Shown one piece after another: positions 1 to 11,442 of a stretch of 64,000 nucleotides of DNA (position 1 is its first letter; each line of letters begins with the position of its first letter). This stretch comes from Mobula hypostoma (taxonomy: Eukaryota): the NCBI RefSeq assembly GCF_963921235.1, contig NC_086100.1, positions 162,626,001-162,690,000 on the forward strand, read 5' to 3'. Position numbers and translations under genes: made by a program. The notes below the pieces were generated by a model. The model was given only the letters and a program-made list of their open reading frames with translations. It was not told the origin of the DNA and did not search any database.

Positions 1-329
1 TAGTGGGAAACAAAATGCAGAGGGAGAAGGAAAAAGTGATTTCTCACTGCTTCCAGTCACAAGGCAACTTAAAGCAGTCAACAGCTGTTGAATATTTTTT
101 CAAGTGTTTAACATAAAGAAACAACAGCCAGTTTGTCAAAAGCAAACTCACGCAAATTGCAATGTTTGTGGATTATAAAGCAAGTTGTTTGGTTGAGAGA
201 TGAGCGTTAAAGAAAGACCTACATTTCCATAACATTTGCTATTGCTACAGGACAAGCCAAAGCACTTTACAGCCAACAAACTGGCTGTTGTTTCCCTCTG
301 TTACATGGAATAAATAGCTCATTTTTGAG

Positions 330-1250
330 TTAGGAGGCTGGCATCAATAGAGTGCTACAAAAATCAGTGCTAGGGCCCCAACGATTCACATCCATATCAA
401 TGGATTGGAAGCAAGTATCAATTAGAATGTATCCAAGCTTGATGGATAATAGTGTGGGTCGTCAGGAAGATTTCGAGAGGCTTCAGGAGGATATGGGAAA
501 GCTGAGTGAAGAAGTGAGTACATTGCAAATGGAATGTGGTGTGGAATAATGTAAGGCCATCCAATTTGTTGAAAAAGAAATAGAAAAGCTGAGTATTACA
601 AAACAGTGAGTTTATGAAGTGTTAAGGTGCAGAGGAATCAAATTAATGATGAAGCAAGAAATTGAGTGAACTATGGTTTGGCTTCCATTACAAGAGTTAT
701 TGAGTAAAAATGTACCAATTTCTGGCTAACTGTTGGATACATGTCTGTTCCCCCTACTGAAAAGATGATATATTAGAGATTGAAACAAGATTCAACTTTG
801 GGGGAGCAGTCTATGTGGGGAGAATAACCACACTCAGTCTTTGTCCTCTTGTGTTTGAAAAATAAGAATTCAATGACTCTAGTAAGAACTGATGTCACTG
901 TAATAAGATCCTCACAGGCTTAGCATGCTATATGTAGGATTGATGTTTCTCTTGGTTGGAATGTTCACAACCAAACCTAACAGTGCCAAAATTAAGAACT
1001 GAGAGAAAATATCTTCAGGTGGCAAGGGGTTTTGGAATTGTGTTATAGAGAAGGTCAGTCTTTAGAGTGGAGGAGGCTCAATAACTGGCTATGTTGAATG
1101 TAGATATTGATAGATTCTGGGTATCAAAAAGACAAAGAGGTGTGAGAGGAAAATGTTACTGAGATAAAAAGCCATTCCAGCTGTTAAATAATGGTGAGGC
1201 AGGTGCAAGGAGCTGAATAGTCAATTCCTGTTTCGATTTCTTATGTTCTT
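330..1250 (+). mobile_element. Highly decayed CR1-type LINE, 3' part of ORF2 plus 3' UTR
   Basis: Remnant QKSVLGP (PQGSVLGP motif) and ERLQEDM in ORF 352-549. Ends in a CR1-like tail tttcttatgttctt near 1250. Boundaries approximate. Confidence 0.7.
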
Positions 1251-2944
1251 AAACCACAGTGGTTATTCAAAGGTGACAGCTTGACAACCAAACCAAGGCA
1301 AACCGTCTGAAGACCTAATGGGAAGAATAGGAACATAACAACAATTTGATACATTGTGTCTTAATTTTTGTAATTGAGCTTCAACAGAACATTCTGTAAT
1401 CATAACACTTGGAGGAGATGTGTTTTTAAATAATAGATGTATGCCAATAAAACATGCAAAAATATACTGTATTTCACAGAGAGACTGATGAAAATAACCA
1501 CAACGAGGCGATGATTGCATGACAGCTTCTTTAGAGCAGTGGTGAATTATATCTTGTGTTGAAGTTCTTTAACTCAATTGAAATACGCCATTACTTTTTA
1601 AGGCAATGCCACCTCAGTTTATATAAAGCAAGTCCATGGAGGATCCAAAAATGCTGAGTCACAAATACAGTGATATCATGAAAGGTACAGAGGAATATAA
1701 TGACTGCAGTAGATTTGACAAATTAATTCTCAGATCTTAGACTTTTTTTGTAGAGCTGTTTTCTCTTAATATCCCACAGGAATGCATTTTTTGTTTCTAC
1801 TAATTTGTATATCAGAATACTACCTCCGATACAAATTATGTGATGGCTGAATGTTTACAACATGTTGGTTTGTTGTATTAACCTGTATCCTTCATCTTCC
1901 CCATTATGTAAAACAAATCTCTGTTTTGGCTGGATAATTCCACAGATTCACTAACCACTACCTGAAGAAATATCTTTTGATCTCACCTCTGAATGGTTAA
2001 TCCCTCATTATGAGCTTGTGATCAGTTAATATTTTATCTATAATCATTTAAAAATTTATATTGATCAGTTTTGCAACATCCCCTGAGTGTCAAAATATGA
2101 GAATAAGATTGTTTATCAAGTTTCATAACTTATTTTCTCAGTAACCTTCTCCAGTGTAATTTTTACAATGAACAACATTTCCTGAAATCAAGCAATCAAG
2201 TGTCACTTTGTGCTCTGCATTGTCTTTGAGCAAGCCTCAGGGCAGCAAAGTTATAAGTAGATGTGTCTGATAAGGATAATATTTTATTTCAAGCATGATA
2301 AATTTCTCAAAGGTTCACTGGGTTCATCTGATTTATATAAACAGCTGCAGGATCAAAATTAATGAAATGTGTTGTGGGTGTGGTGAGCGTCAATATAATA
2401 GCACAAGAATGAAGAATGTATACAGAGAAAGAAATGAGGGTGATTCTTCATTGGAATGATCTGTGTTATCAAGATTAATGCAATTATATTTTCACACAAT
2501 GTCTACAACGTTAAATATATTCAATTAATATTACTGTGACCAAAAGAGCATGAAACATCCGATAGCAACAAATCATTCTCACGTCTTTCATGGACAGCCG
2601 GGTGTTTTGAACTTACAAAGCTTTAGTCCTCCAAACTCATGAGTCCTTGTGCTAAAATTAACCAGGTATAGTTAAATGTGGAGAATATCCTTTTATTAAT
2701 ATGAATGTACAACATGCAGAGGAGACTTGGGTTAAAGATGTCAAAGCATGCATTTGTGTCTTCTGGTTTAACTGGTTAATTTTATATCAACAGAGAATTA
2801 CATTGAGGATAGAGATGGACTGGTTTCAGGTGGCAACCTATTATGCTGCAAACATTGGTCATAGCCATGTTCTCCATTTCTTGAAAAAGAATTTGAATCA
2901 GAATTAGAATCAGATATATTATCACCAACAGATAAAAAAATGGA

Positions 2945-4340
2945 AACATAAGAGAAAGGAAATTGTAGGGTGTTATTCTGACCTCAGTGGTTGGAAAGAT
3001 GTTGGAGTCAGATATAAAAAATACGGTGTCAGGGTGCTTAGGCACACATGATATAAAAAAAGGCCATAGTCAATATGGTTTCCTCAAGGGAAATTCTTGT
3101 CTGAGAAATCTGTTGGAATTCTTTGAAGAAGTAACAATCAGGATAGACAAAGGAGAATCGGTAGATGTTGTGCACTTGGATTTTCAGAAGAGCTTTGGCA
3201 AAGGTACTTAACAAGATATGAGCCCATGGTAATACAGGCAAGATTCTAGCATGAATAAAGCATTGGCTAGTTGGCAATAGGCAAAGAGTGAGAATAAAGG
3301 GAACCTTTTCTGGCTGGCTGCCGGTGACTAGTGGTGTTCCACAGGTGTCGGTATTGGGACCGATTCTTTTTACATTATATGACACTGATTTGGATGATGG
3401 AATTGATGGCTTTGTTGAAACGTTTGCAGACAATATGAAGAAAGATGAAGGAGCAGGTCATTTTGAGGAAGTAGAGAGACTACAAAAGGACTTAGACAGA
3501 TTAGGAGAATGGGAAAAGAAATAGCAGGTGGAATACCGTGTCAGGAAGCGTAAGGTCACACAATTTGGTAGAAGAAATGAAAGGGTAGGCTATTTTCTAA
3601 ATGGAGAGAAAATGCAAAATGACTGAGGTGCAAAAGGACTTTGAGAGTCCTTGTGCAGGATTCCCTAAACATTAATTTGCAGGTTGAGTCTGTGGTGAAG
3701 AAGGCAAATGAAATGTTAGCATTCTTTTCAAGAGGACTAGAAAATAAAAACAAAGATGTAATATTGAAACTTTATAAAGCACTGGTGAGGCCTCACTTGG
3801 AGTATTGTGACCAGGTTTGGGCACTTTATCTTAGAAAGTATGTGCTGAAACTGGAGAGGGTTCAAAGGAGGTTCATAAAAATGATTCTAGGATTGAATGG
3901 CTTATCATATGAAGAGTGTTTAATGATTTGGGGTCTGTATTCACTAGAATTCAGAAAAACTGAGGGATAACCTCATTGAAGCCTATTGAATGGTGGAACG
4001 CCTTGATAGAGTGGATGTGGAGAGGAGGTTTCCTATGGTTGGAGTATCTAAGACTAGAGGACACAACCTCAAAATAGAGGGATGTCCTTTTAGCATGGAG
4101 ATGAGTAGGAATTTCTTTAGTCAGAGCGTGATGAACCTGTGGACATCATTGCCACAAGGTGCTGTGGAGGTTGTCTTTATGTACACTTAAGGCAGTGGTT
4201 GACAGATTTGTGATTGTTCTGGGCATGAAGGGATAAAGGGAGAAGGTTCGATATTGGAGCTGAGAGGAAAATTGATGAAATGGCGGAACAGACTTGATAA
4301 GCCAAATAGCCTAATTCTGCTCATATATCTTATGGTCTTA
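2945..4340 (+). mobile_element. 5'-truncated CR1 LINE (RT pseudogene plus 3' UTR)
   Basis: Broken ORFs carry SQYGFLKGNSCLRNLLEFFEEVT, LDFQKSF, GVPQVSVLGP, FADNMK and LYKALVRPHLEYC. Tail tcttatggtcttat. Confidence 0.92.
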
Positions 4341-5624
4341 TATAAAATGAGATATTTGTTGTTTTGTGGCAGCAGTACTGTGCAATGAAATAAGATTATC
4401 ATAAATTACAGAAATAAATACAAAGTACTTTCAAAAGGTCATGTTCATGGGTTTGTGGACTGTTGGGAAATCTTTTGGCAGAGAGGTGAAGCTGTTCCTA
4501 AATCATTGCGTATGGATCTATAGGTTTCCATGACCCCTGGTAGTACAAGAAGTTGGAATGTCAAGGCTGGTGGCTGCTTTCTTGAGGCACTGCCTCATGA
4601 TTCTGTCTTCCATATGGGGGTGTGCTGCTCTGTGATGGAGCTGCCTGAGTCTACAAAAAAAACTACAGCCTCTTGTGATCCTGTGCATTGGAACACCATA
4701 CCAGATGATGTTGCAACCGGTCTAAAATCCTTTCACCATAATCTATGGAAATTTGTAATAGTGCAACATCCCAAATTTTCTCAAACTCCAAATGAAGTGG
4801 AGACTCTGGTATGCCCTCTTCATGATTGCAGGTTCCACGGCAGATCCTCTGAAAAGTTAGTGTCTGGGAATTTGAAGCTTGGCACATCAAAATCATTTTT
4901 TTTTTGTTGATCTGACACCAAGAGCTAATGATAACAACACCCTCTCAGGATAATAGATCTACCAGTTTGGGATCAGACTTTGGGTTAACCTGATTGCTCC
5001 ACAACAATAGGACCTTGAAACACACCTCATCCAGGCTAGCTATGAAACATGCATTTAATTCCAGCTACCTATTGCCAGCACTGGAACCTTAAATCAAAAG
5101 CAATATCATTTCAGCAGACCTTTCTCTGAAGAGAAGTATCATTGATTACTGGACTTCCATTTTTAAAAAAACGGAGCAAATTGTTCACAATAATAATTCA
5201 ACCAAGGTCTAAACATATCCATTCATCAAAAAAAAGCATGAATATAGAATTTCATTGACCTACAGTGCCTACATGCTGTGCACCTATGAAAAGAAATGTA
5301 TATCTCATTCTACAATCTATAAAGAATGATTTGGTTTTTGGATTTTAACCAATGTTTCCTATTATGATCATAATGTCATGGAATTGTACAACACAGAAAA
5401 ATGCCTTTCAGCCCATCATGTCCATGCTAGCCATTGCACCAAACTATACTAATCCTATTTACCTTCACTTGGTCCATAGTTTTTAATATGTTGATAATTC
5501 ATACGCTTGTCTGGATATTTAAATGCCTCCTTCCAAGAGCCACTCCAACAGTGCATTCCAGACTCTATTCACACGATGGGTGAAAAAGTTAATTCTCAGA
5601 TCATCTCTAAAGCTCTTACTCCCA

Positions 5625-6105
5625 GGAAAGGCTGAGGAAATTTGAACTTGTTGACCCTCAGCAATGCTTTACAGCTGCACCACAAAAAAACATCCTATCT
5701 GGATGCATCATGGCTTGGTACGACAACTGTTCTGCCAGTGATCACAAGAAATTACAGAGAGGTGTAGACACAGCTCACTGCATCACAAAACTCTCCTCTG
5801 TGGATTCTGTCTGCATTTCTCACTGCCCCAGAAAAGTAGCCAGCAAATCAAAGATCCCGCCTACCCTTGAATTCTCCCTTCTGCCCCTCCCAATGTGAAG
5901 AAGATACAGCGACTTACAAACACGTACAACCAGGCTCAACAACAGCATTTATCCTAATATTATGAGATTCTTGAATGGATCTCTTGTATGATAAGATAGA
6001 GTTTTGATCTCAGTCTACCTCATTCTGCCTTGCATCTTATTGTCTGGCTACACTGCATGTTCTCTGTGCATGTAATTCTGTATTCTGCATTTTGTTAATT
6101 TTCGA
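5625..6105 (+). mobile_element. Decayed Rex1/Babar-like LINE 3' fragment
   Basis: Remnant AWYDNCSASDHKKLQRGV (ORF 5710-5898), followed by the Rex1-type 3' UTR seen repeatedly in this window. Confidence 0.7.
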
Positions 6106-6554
6106 GTTGTAGAGCACTACAACACAGAAGCAGACTCCTTGACCCATCTAGTGCATGCCAAACTGTTACCCATCGAGCCACACTGGAACATAGTCCTCCA
6201 TACTCCTCCCAACCATCTAAACAAGCTCTTCCCTTGTTTTACCTCAAAGCACTTATGTTTGAAATGATCTGCATTGATAGCTTGCGAAGCTGCTTTTCCA
6301 CTCCTTCTTGGTATATGTGATAGTAATAAACCAATAGCAGGATTCTGTGACAAGAGTCCATGACGAGAATGGTTTGGATCTGAATGTTGGAGTACGCAAG
6401 GCTAAGATTGAGACACAGAATATAACTGGATCGAAACCTAAGCGCAAAACAAAACGCTACATGATATCTCTGGTTGGCTTACAATTGAGCACTGCAACTC
6501 CATTTAGGTGCTTTTTAAATACTCAGGTCTTGATGCCCAAAGCATGGTTAACAT

Positions 6555-8808
6555 AAAGGAACCCATAGAAGGCAGTGATCATAGTATGATTAAATTCATA
6601 CTGCAATTTGAAAGGGGGAAGTGTAAGTCACATGTATCAGTATTGCAATGGAATAAATGGAAATGAGACAGGAGCTTGCCCAGGTGGATTGAAGGGGAAT
6701 TCTGGCCGGGATGTCAGCAGAACAGGTGGCTGAAGTTTCTGGGAATAGCTCACAAGGAGCAGGATAGATATGTCCCACAGAAGAAGTTGTTCTCAGATGG
6801 CAGGAGTAGGTAACTGTGCCTGACAAGGGAAGTTAAGGACTGCATAAAAGCCAAGGAAAGGGCATATAAGGTAGCAAAGTGAGTAAGAAGTTGGATGATT
6901 GGAAAGATTTTAAAATCCAACAAGAGGCAACTAAAAAAGCTATAAGAAGGGAAAGGATGAAATATGAGGGCAAACGAGCCAATAATTTAAAGCAGGATAT
7001 GAAAAAATGTTTCAGTTATATAAAGAGTAAAAGGGCAGGTAAGAGCTCATATTGGACCACTGGAAAATGATGCTGGTGAGAAGATAATAGGGGACAAAGA
7101 AAGAACAGATGAACTTAATGAGTACTTTGCATCAGTCTTCACTGTGGGTGACACTAACAGTGTGCCAGAGGTCCGTGAGTGTCAGGGAGATAGGAGTGAG
7201 TGCCATTGCTAGTACAAAAGAAAAAGTGTTTGGCAAATTCAAAAGTGTTAAGGTGGATAAGTCAGATGGGCCAGACAGACTACATCCCAGAGTCCTGAGA
7301 GGGGTTGTTGAAGAGATAATGGATGCATTGGTCATGATCTTTCAAGAATCACTGGATCCTGGCATGGTCCCAGAGGACTGGAAAATTGCAAATGTCAAAC
7401 CACTCTTTAAGAATGGGGTGGGAAGGTAAGAGAAAGGAAATTTTAGGCCAGTTAACCTAAACTCAGAAGTTGGGAAAATGTTGCAATCTATTATTAAGGA
7501 TGAGGTTTCAGGCTACTTGGAGACCAACGGTAAAATAAATGAAAGTCAGCATGGTTTCTGCCAAGGGAAATCTTGCCTGACAAATCTGTTAGAGTTCTTC
7601 AAGGAAGTAACGAGCATGATGGACAACCGAGAGGCAATGGATGTCACTTACTTGGATTTTCAGAAGGCATTTGATAAGGTGCCACACATAAGGCTGCTTA
7701 ACAAGATGAAATCCTATGGTGTTATAAGAAAGATACTGGCATGGATAGAGGAATGACTGACAGGCAGGATGCAGTGAGTGGGAATAAAAGGATCTTTTCT
7801 GTTTGGCTGTCAGTGACCAGTGGTATTCCTCAGTATTGGGACCACTACTTTTCACATTGTAAATGATTTAGATAATGGAACTGATTGCTTTGTGGCAAAT
7901 TTTGCGGATAGTATGAAGATAGGAGGAGGGGTAGGTAGTGCTGAGGAAGCAATATGATTGCAGCAGGACTTAGACAAATTGGAAGAATGGAAAAAAAGTG
8001 GCAGATGGAATACAGTGTTGGGAAATGTATGATGATGCACTTTGGTAAAAGGAACAATAGTGCAGACGATTATCTAGATAGGGAGATAATTAAAAATATC
8101 AGAGGTGCAAAGGGACTTAGGAGTCTTCGTGCAAGACTCCCAGAAGGATAATATGCAGGTTGAGTCTGTGGTAAAGAAGGCAAGTGCAATGTTGGCATTT
8201 ATTTCAAGGGGAATAGAATATAAAAGAAAGGAGATAATGCTGAGACTTTATAAGACACTAGTCAGACCACACTTGGAGTTTTTCAACAGTTTTGGGCCTA
8301 ATATCTCACAAAAGATATCTTTTCATTGGAGAGATTCCAGAGGAGGTTCACAAGGATGATTCTGGCAATGAAGGAAGCACTTGGTAGTTTCGGGCCGTAC
8401 TCACTGGAAATTAGAAGAATGTGGGGGGATCTCATGAAACCTACTGAATGTTGAAAGGACTAGATAAGGTGGATGTGGAGAGGATGTTTCCTATGGTTGG
8501 GGTTTCCAGAACTAGAGGGCACAGCCTCAAAATTGAGGGGCAACCTCTTAGGGCAGAGGTAAGGAGGAATTTTTTTAGTCAGAGAGTAGTGAATCTGTGG
8601 AATGCTCTGCTACAGACTGTGATGGAGATCAAGTCTGTGTGTAATTTTATGGCTGAAGTTGATAGTTTCCTGATCGGTCAGAGCATCAAAGGATATAGCA
8701 AGACAGCAGGTGTATGGAGTTGACTGGAATTCGGGATCAGCCATGATGGAATGGCAGAACAGATTCAATGGGCTGAATGGCCTACTTCTACAACAATGTC
8801 TTATGGAT
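6555..8808 (+). mobile_element. CR1 LINE, about 2.2 kb (end of APE endonuclease through RT and 3' UTR), frameshifted
   Basis: Starts near the endonuclease SDH motif (ggcagtgatcat). Contains KSDGPDRLHPRVL, PEDWKIANVKPLFK, SQHGF..GKSCLTNLLEFF, YLDFQKAFDKVPH and LYKTLVRPHLE. Tail gtcttatgg. Confidence 0.93.
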
Positions 8809-9052
8809 AGCCAATTAGCAGGCCATGCCAGCTATCCCTATTCCATAGAGTTAGAGTGTCTTTACCCTGGAAGCTTGCATGGTTGGGTGTGTGTCATAAT
8901 ATACTCTTAATACTAAGGATATGCCCTCTAGTTTTAGATATTCTTTCGGAAAAAGTTTCCTCCTTTCTGACCTGTCTATGCCCCTCACAATTTTTTGGTG
9001 TATATAACAGTAATAAACCAATACCAGCATTCCTTACACTAATTTAGATTTT

Positions 9053-10010
9053 GACTTCTGGTCAAGATGCTGCCAAGCTGCAACGTTTGTTGAGGTCATG
9101 GTTCAGACTAGTTGTTTTTTAGGTCTGGAGGGATGGTTTTGGGGGTAGCGTGATGAATTCAGGGACAGGTTAGAATTTAGGGACAGGGATGATGGGAGTC
9201 AAAGATTAGGGCAGTAGATGAAGAGTAAGAGGCAGAAGCCGGATTTCAGGTCAGAGCCCTGTATGATAGAAAGCAGTGATCCCTCGGGATAAACGTCGGG
9301 TCAACAGACATTGAGAATGAAGACCAGTAATCCCAACGGTCAACGACTGTGGTTGGCAGGCCCAGTGCACGAGAAATGCTGACCCCCGCCCACCTCCACA
9401 CCCAGCTGGGCGAGACCTACAGGTTGGCAAATCCTGGAATTGGAGGTTTATATAGGCAGTAGGGGCAGTAGGGAATGGTGCCCCCAAGTCAGTGAATCCT
9501 TGGGTCAGAAGGTCCATGTGAATCCAGAGGGTGAGAATCAGAATTCAAATTCCCATGATTGGCAAGCCCTCGGATCGATAACAAGCATTAAAGCCCAAAG
9601 GATGAAGACACAAGCCAGTGAGCCCAGAGGTCAGGGCCCAGTAATCAAAACACCCTGGTTTGGCATGTCCAAAAGTAGGAGGCCCAACCTTGGTGAGTGT
9701 GAAAGTTGGAGGCTCAACGTCTGCAAACATGCAAGTTAGAGCCACGGGCTGAAGTTGAAGGCCTTGAAATGACCTATCCTGGAGTTGGAGGCCTATGTAC
9801 ATGTGTGAATGGGTGTGAGGGAGGAAGGGGCTTTATTTTAATGTTGCTGGTGCTTATGTTGTTCTACTGAACAATGTGCCCATGCTATGTTGGCTCTGGA
9901 ATGTGTGGCAGCACTTGCTCCCAGCACACCTGTAAGTTCTATTGGTTGTAAATGACACATTGCATTGTATGCTTCAAAGTACACATGATAAATAAATGAA
10001 TCTGACTCTA
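9053..10010 (+). mobile_element. Non-coding retroposon with AAGATGGC-like head and LINE/SINE-type 3' tail
   Basis: Begins gacttctggtcaagatgctgcc and ends aataaatgaatctgactct. Its last ~130 nt resemble the 3' module of the SINE at 31540-31856. Confidence 0.55.
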
Positions 10011-10330
10011 AATCTATACCCTCTTGTGTTGGATGTTCTGTGGGAAAAAGTTTCCTCTTTTCTGCCTTGTCTATGCCTCTCACAATTTTGTACACTACAT
10101 AAGGTTCCCCTCAGCTCCTCTACTCTAGGACAAGCAAACTCAGCCTATCCAGTCTCTCCTGAGAACCAAAGCATTTCATCCCAAGCAACATCCTGATGGA
10201 ACTCCTCTGAACATGCTCGAGTACAGTCGTTTCCTTTTTATAGTGTGCCAACCAGAACGGCACACAATACTCCAGCTGTGGCCTAACCAATGTTTTATGT
10301 TGCTGAATAAATGTTGCAAAACCCATGCCT
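10011..10330 (-). mobile_element. CR1 LINE 3' fragment
   Basis: HKTLVRPQLEYCVPFW...LEHVQR in ORF 10120-10521 (-). Confidence 0.8.
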
Positions 10331-11169
10331 TTTTGAAGCAGTTTTGAAATAATCAAGTATCTCACACAGAGAAAGGTTTCCCAGCGGGCAAAAGAATTAA
10401 TCAGACGATCTTCTCGGCTGGATGTAACAGAAAAAAAAATGGATAAAAATGAGTGTTTTATGTGCTTGTAAAAGAATTGCAAAACTGTTTTTGTGTACAG
10501 AAGTTTATGTTCACCAAACAACTGAATACTGCTGATAAAAGAGGACGTTTACAAGGCAGCAGTATGAAAAGTATAAAAGTCAGGAAAGCGGCAGATTTAA
10601 GACAAATTTTGAAAAGTTGAGGGATGAGGAGATAAAAATAACCAAAACTAAATGAACTGATTCAAAGCATTCATACTTCTATTTATGGAGAAGATTCAGT
10701 CTAGCAACACACCTACTCAAATGAAATTATTATTTGATTTGCAATGTGAAGCAATAAAAGCTTAGGCTACAGCAAAGGGTTGGTATTGTCCTTCTCTGGG
10801 TCACACATTCTGAGATTATTGCAACAGGAAATTGATAAAAGCTCTTAAGGGGGTTGATGTAACTGGCCTTCTTCACCAAGATCAAGGCCTTTCATACCGT
10901 ACTGAGTTGAGAGATAGGATACGTTTCATACCTGGCCCTTCCCTTTTACTACAGCAATAGTAGGTGCATATAGAACAGCCATATTCATTTCATTTATATC
11001 AATGTTTCTAATTTATTTACAGTTTAATGTATTTATCTAAATTTATTTTTATATCTGTTTTAAGAATATTTATATTTTTAATTAATTAAATGTTTCTGAA
11101 TTTTCAAAACACGTCATCAGGCACCAACAATTATGCCATGGTCAAAGTTATTTACAAACGTTTGTAGAT

Positions 11170-11333
11170 CACGTTTCTTCCCCATTCTGATGTTTGGACT
11201 GAACAACAACTGAATCTCTTGACCATGTCTGCATGCTTTTATGCATTGAATTGCTGCCATATGATTGGCTGATTAGATATCTGCATTAATGAGCAGGTTT
11301 ACATGTGTACCTAATAAAGTGGTCATTGAGGGT
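11170..11333. mobile_element. Tc1/mariner-like terminal fragment
   Basis: Ends gtacctaataaagtggtcattgag, resembling the reverse complement of the fish Tc1-type TIR CACTCAGTGGCCACTTTATTAGGTAC (recalled). No partner TIR seen. Confidence 0.5.
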
Positions 11334-11442
11334 AGATCAAATGATCTGTGCTAATCTCTACCCCAAAATCATTAACCATTAGGTTCAGCTTCCTAAAGTT
11401 ATGTAATATTTGATCATATTGATATTTGATTCTTTCCTCAGA

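Noticed and set aside
6347-6556. 69-aa ORF in unique-looking sequence as a host exon
   Set aside because: Weak splice signals and no recognisable homology.
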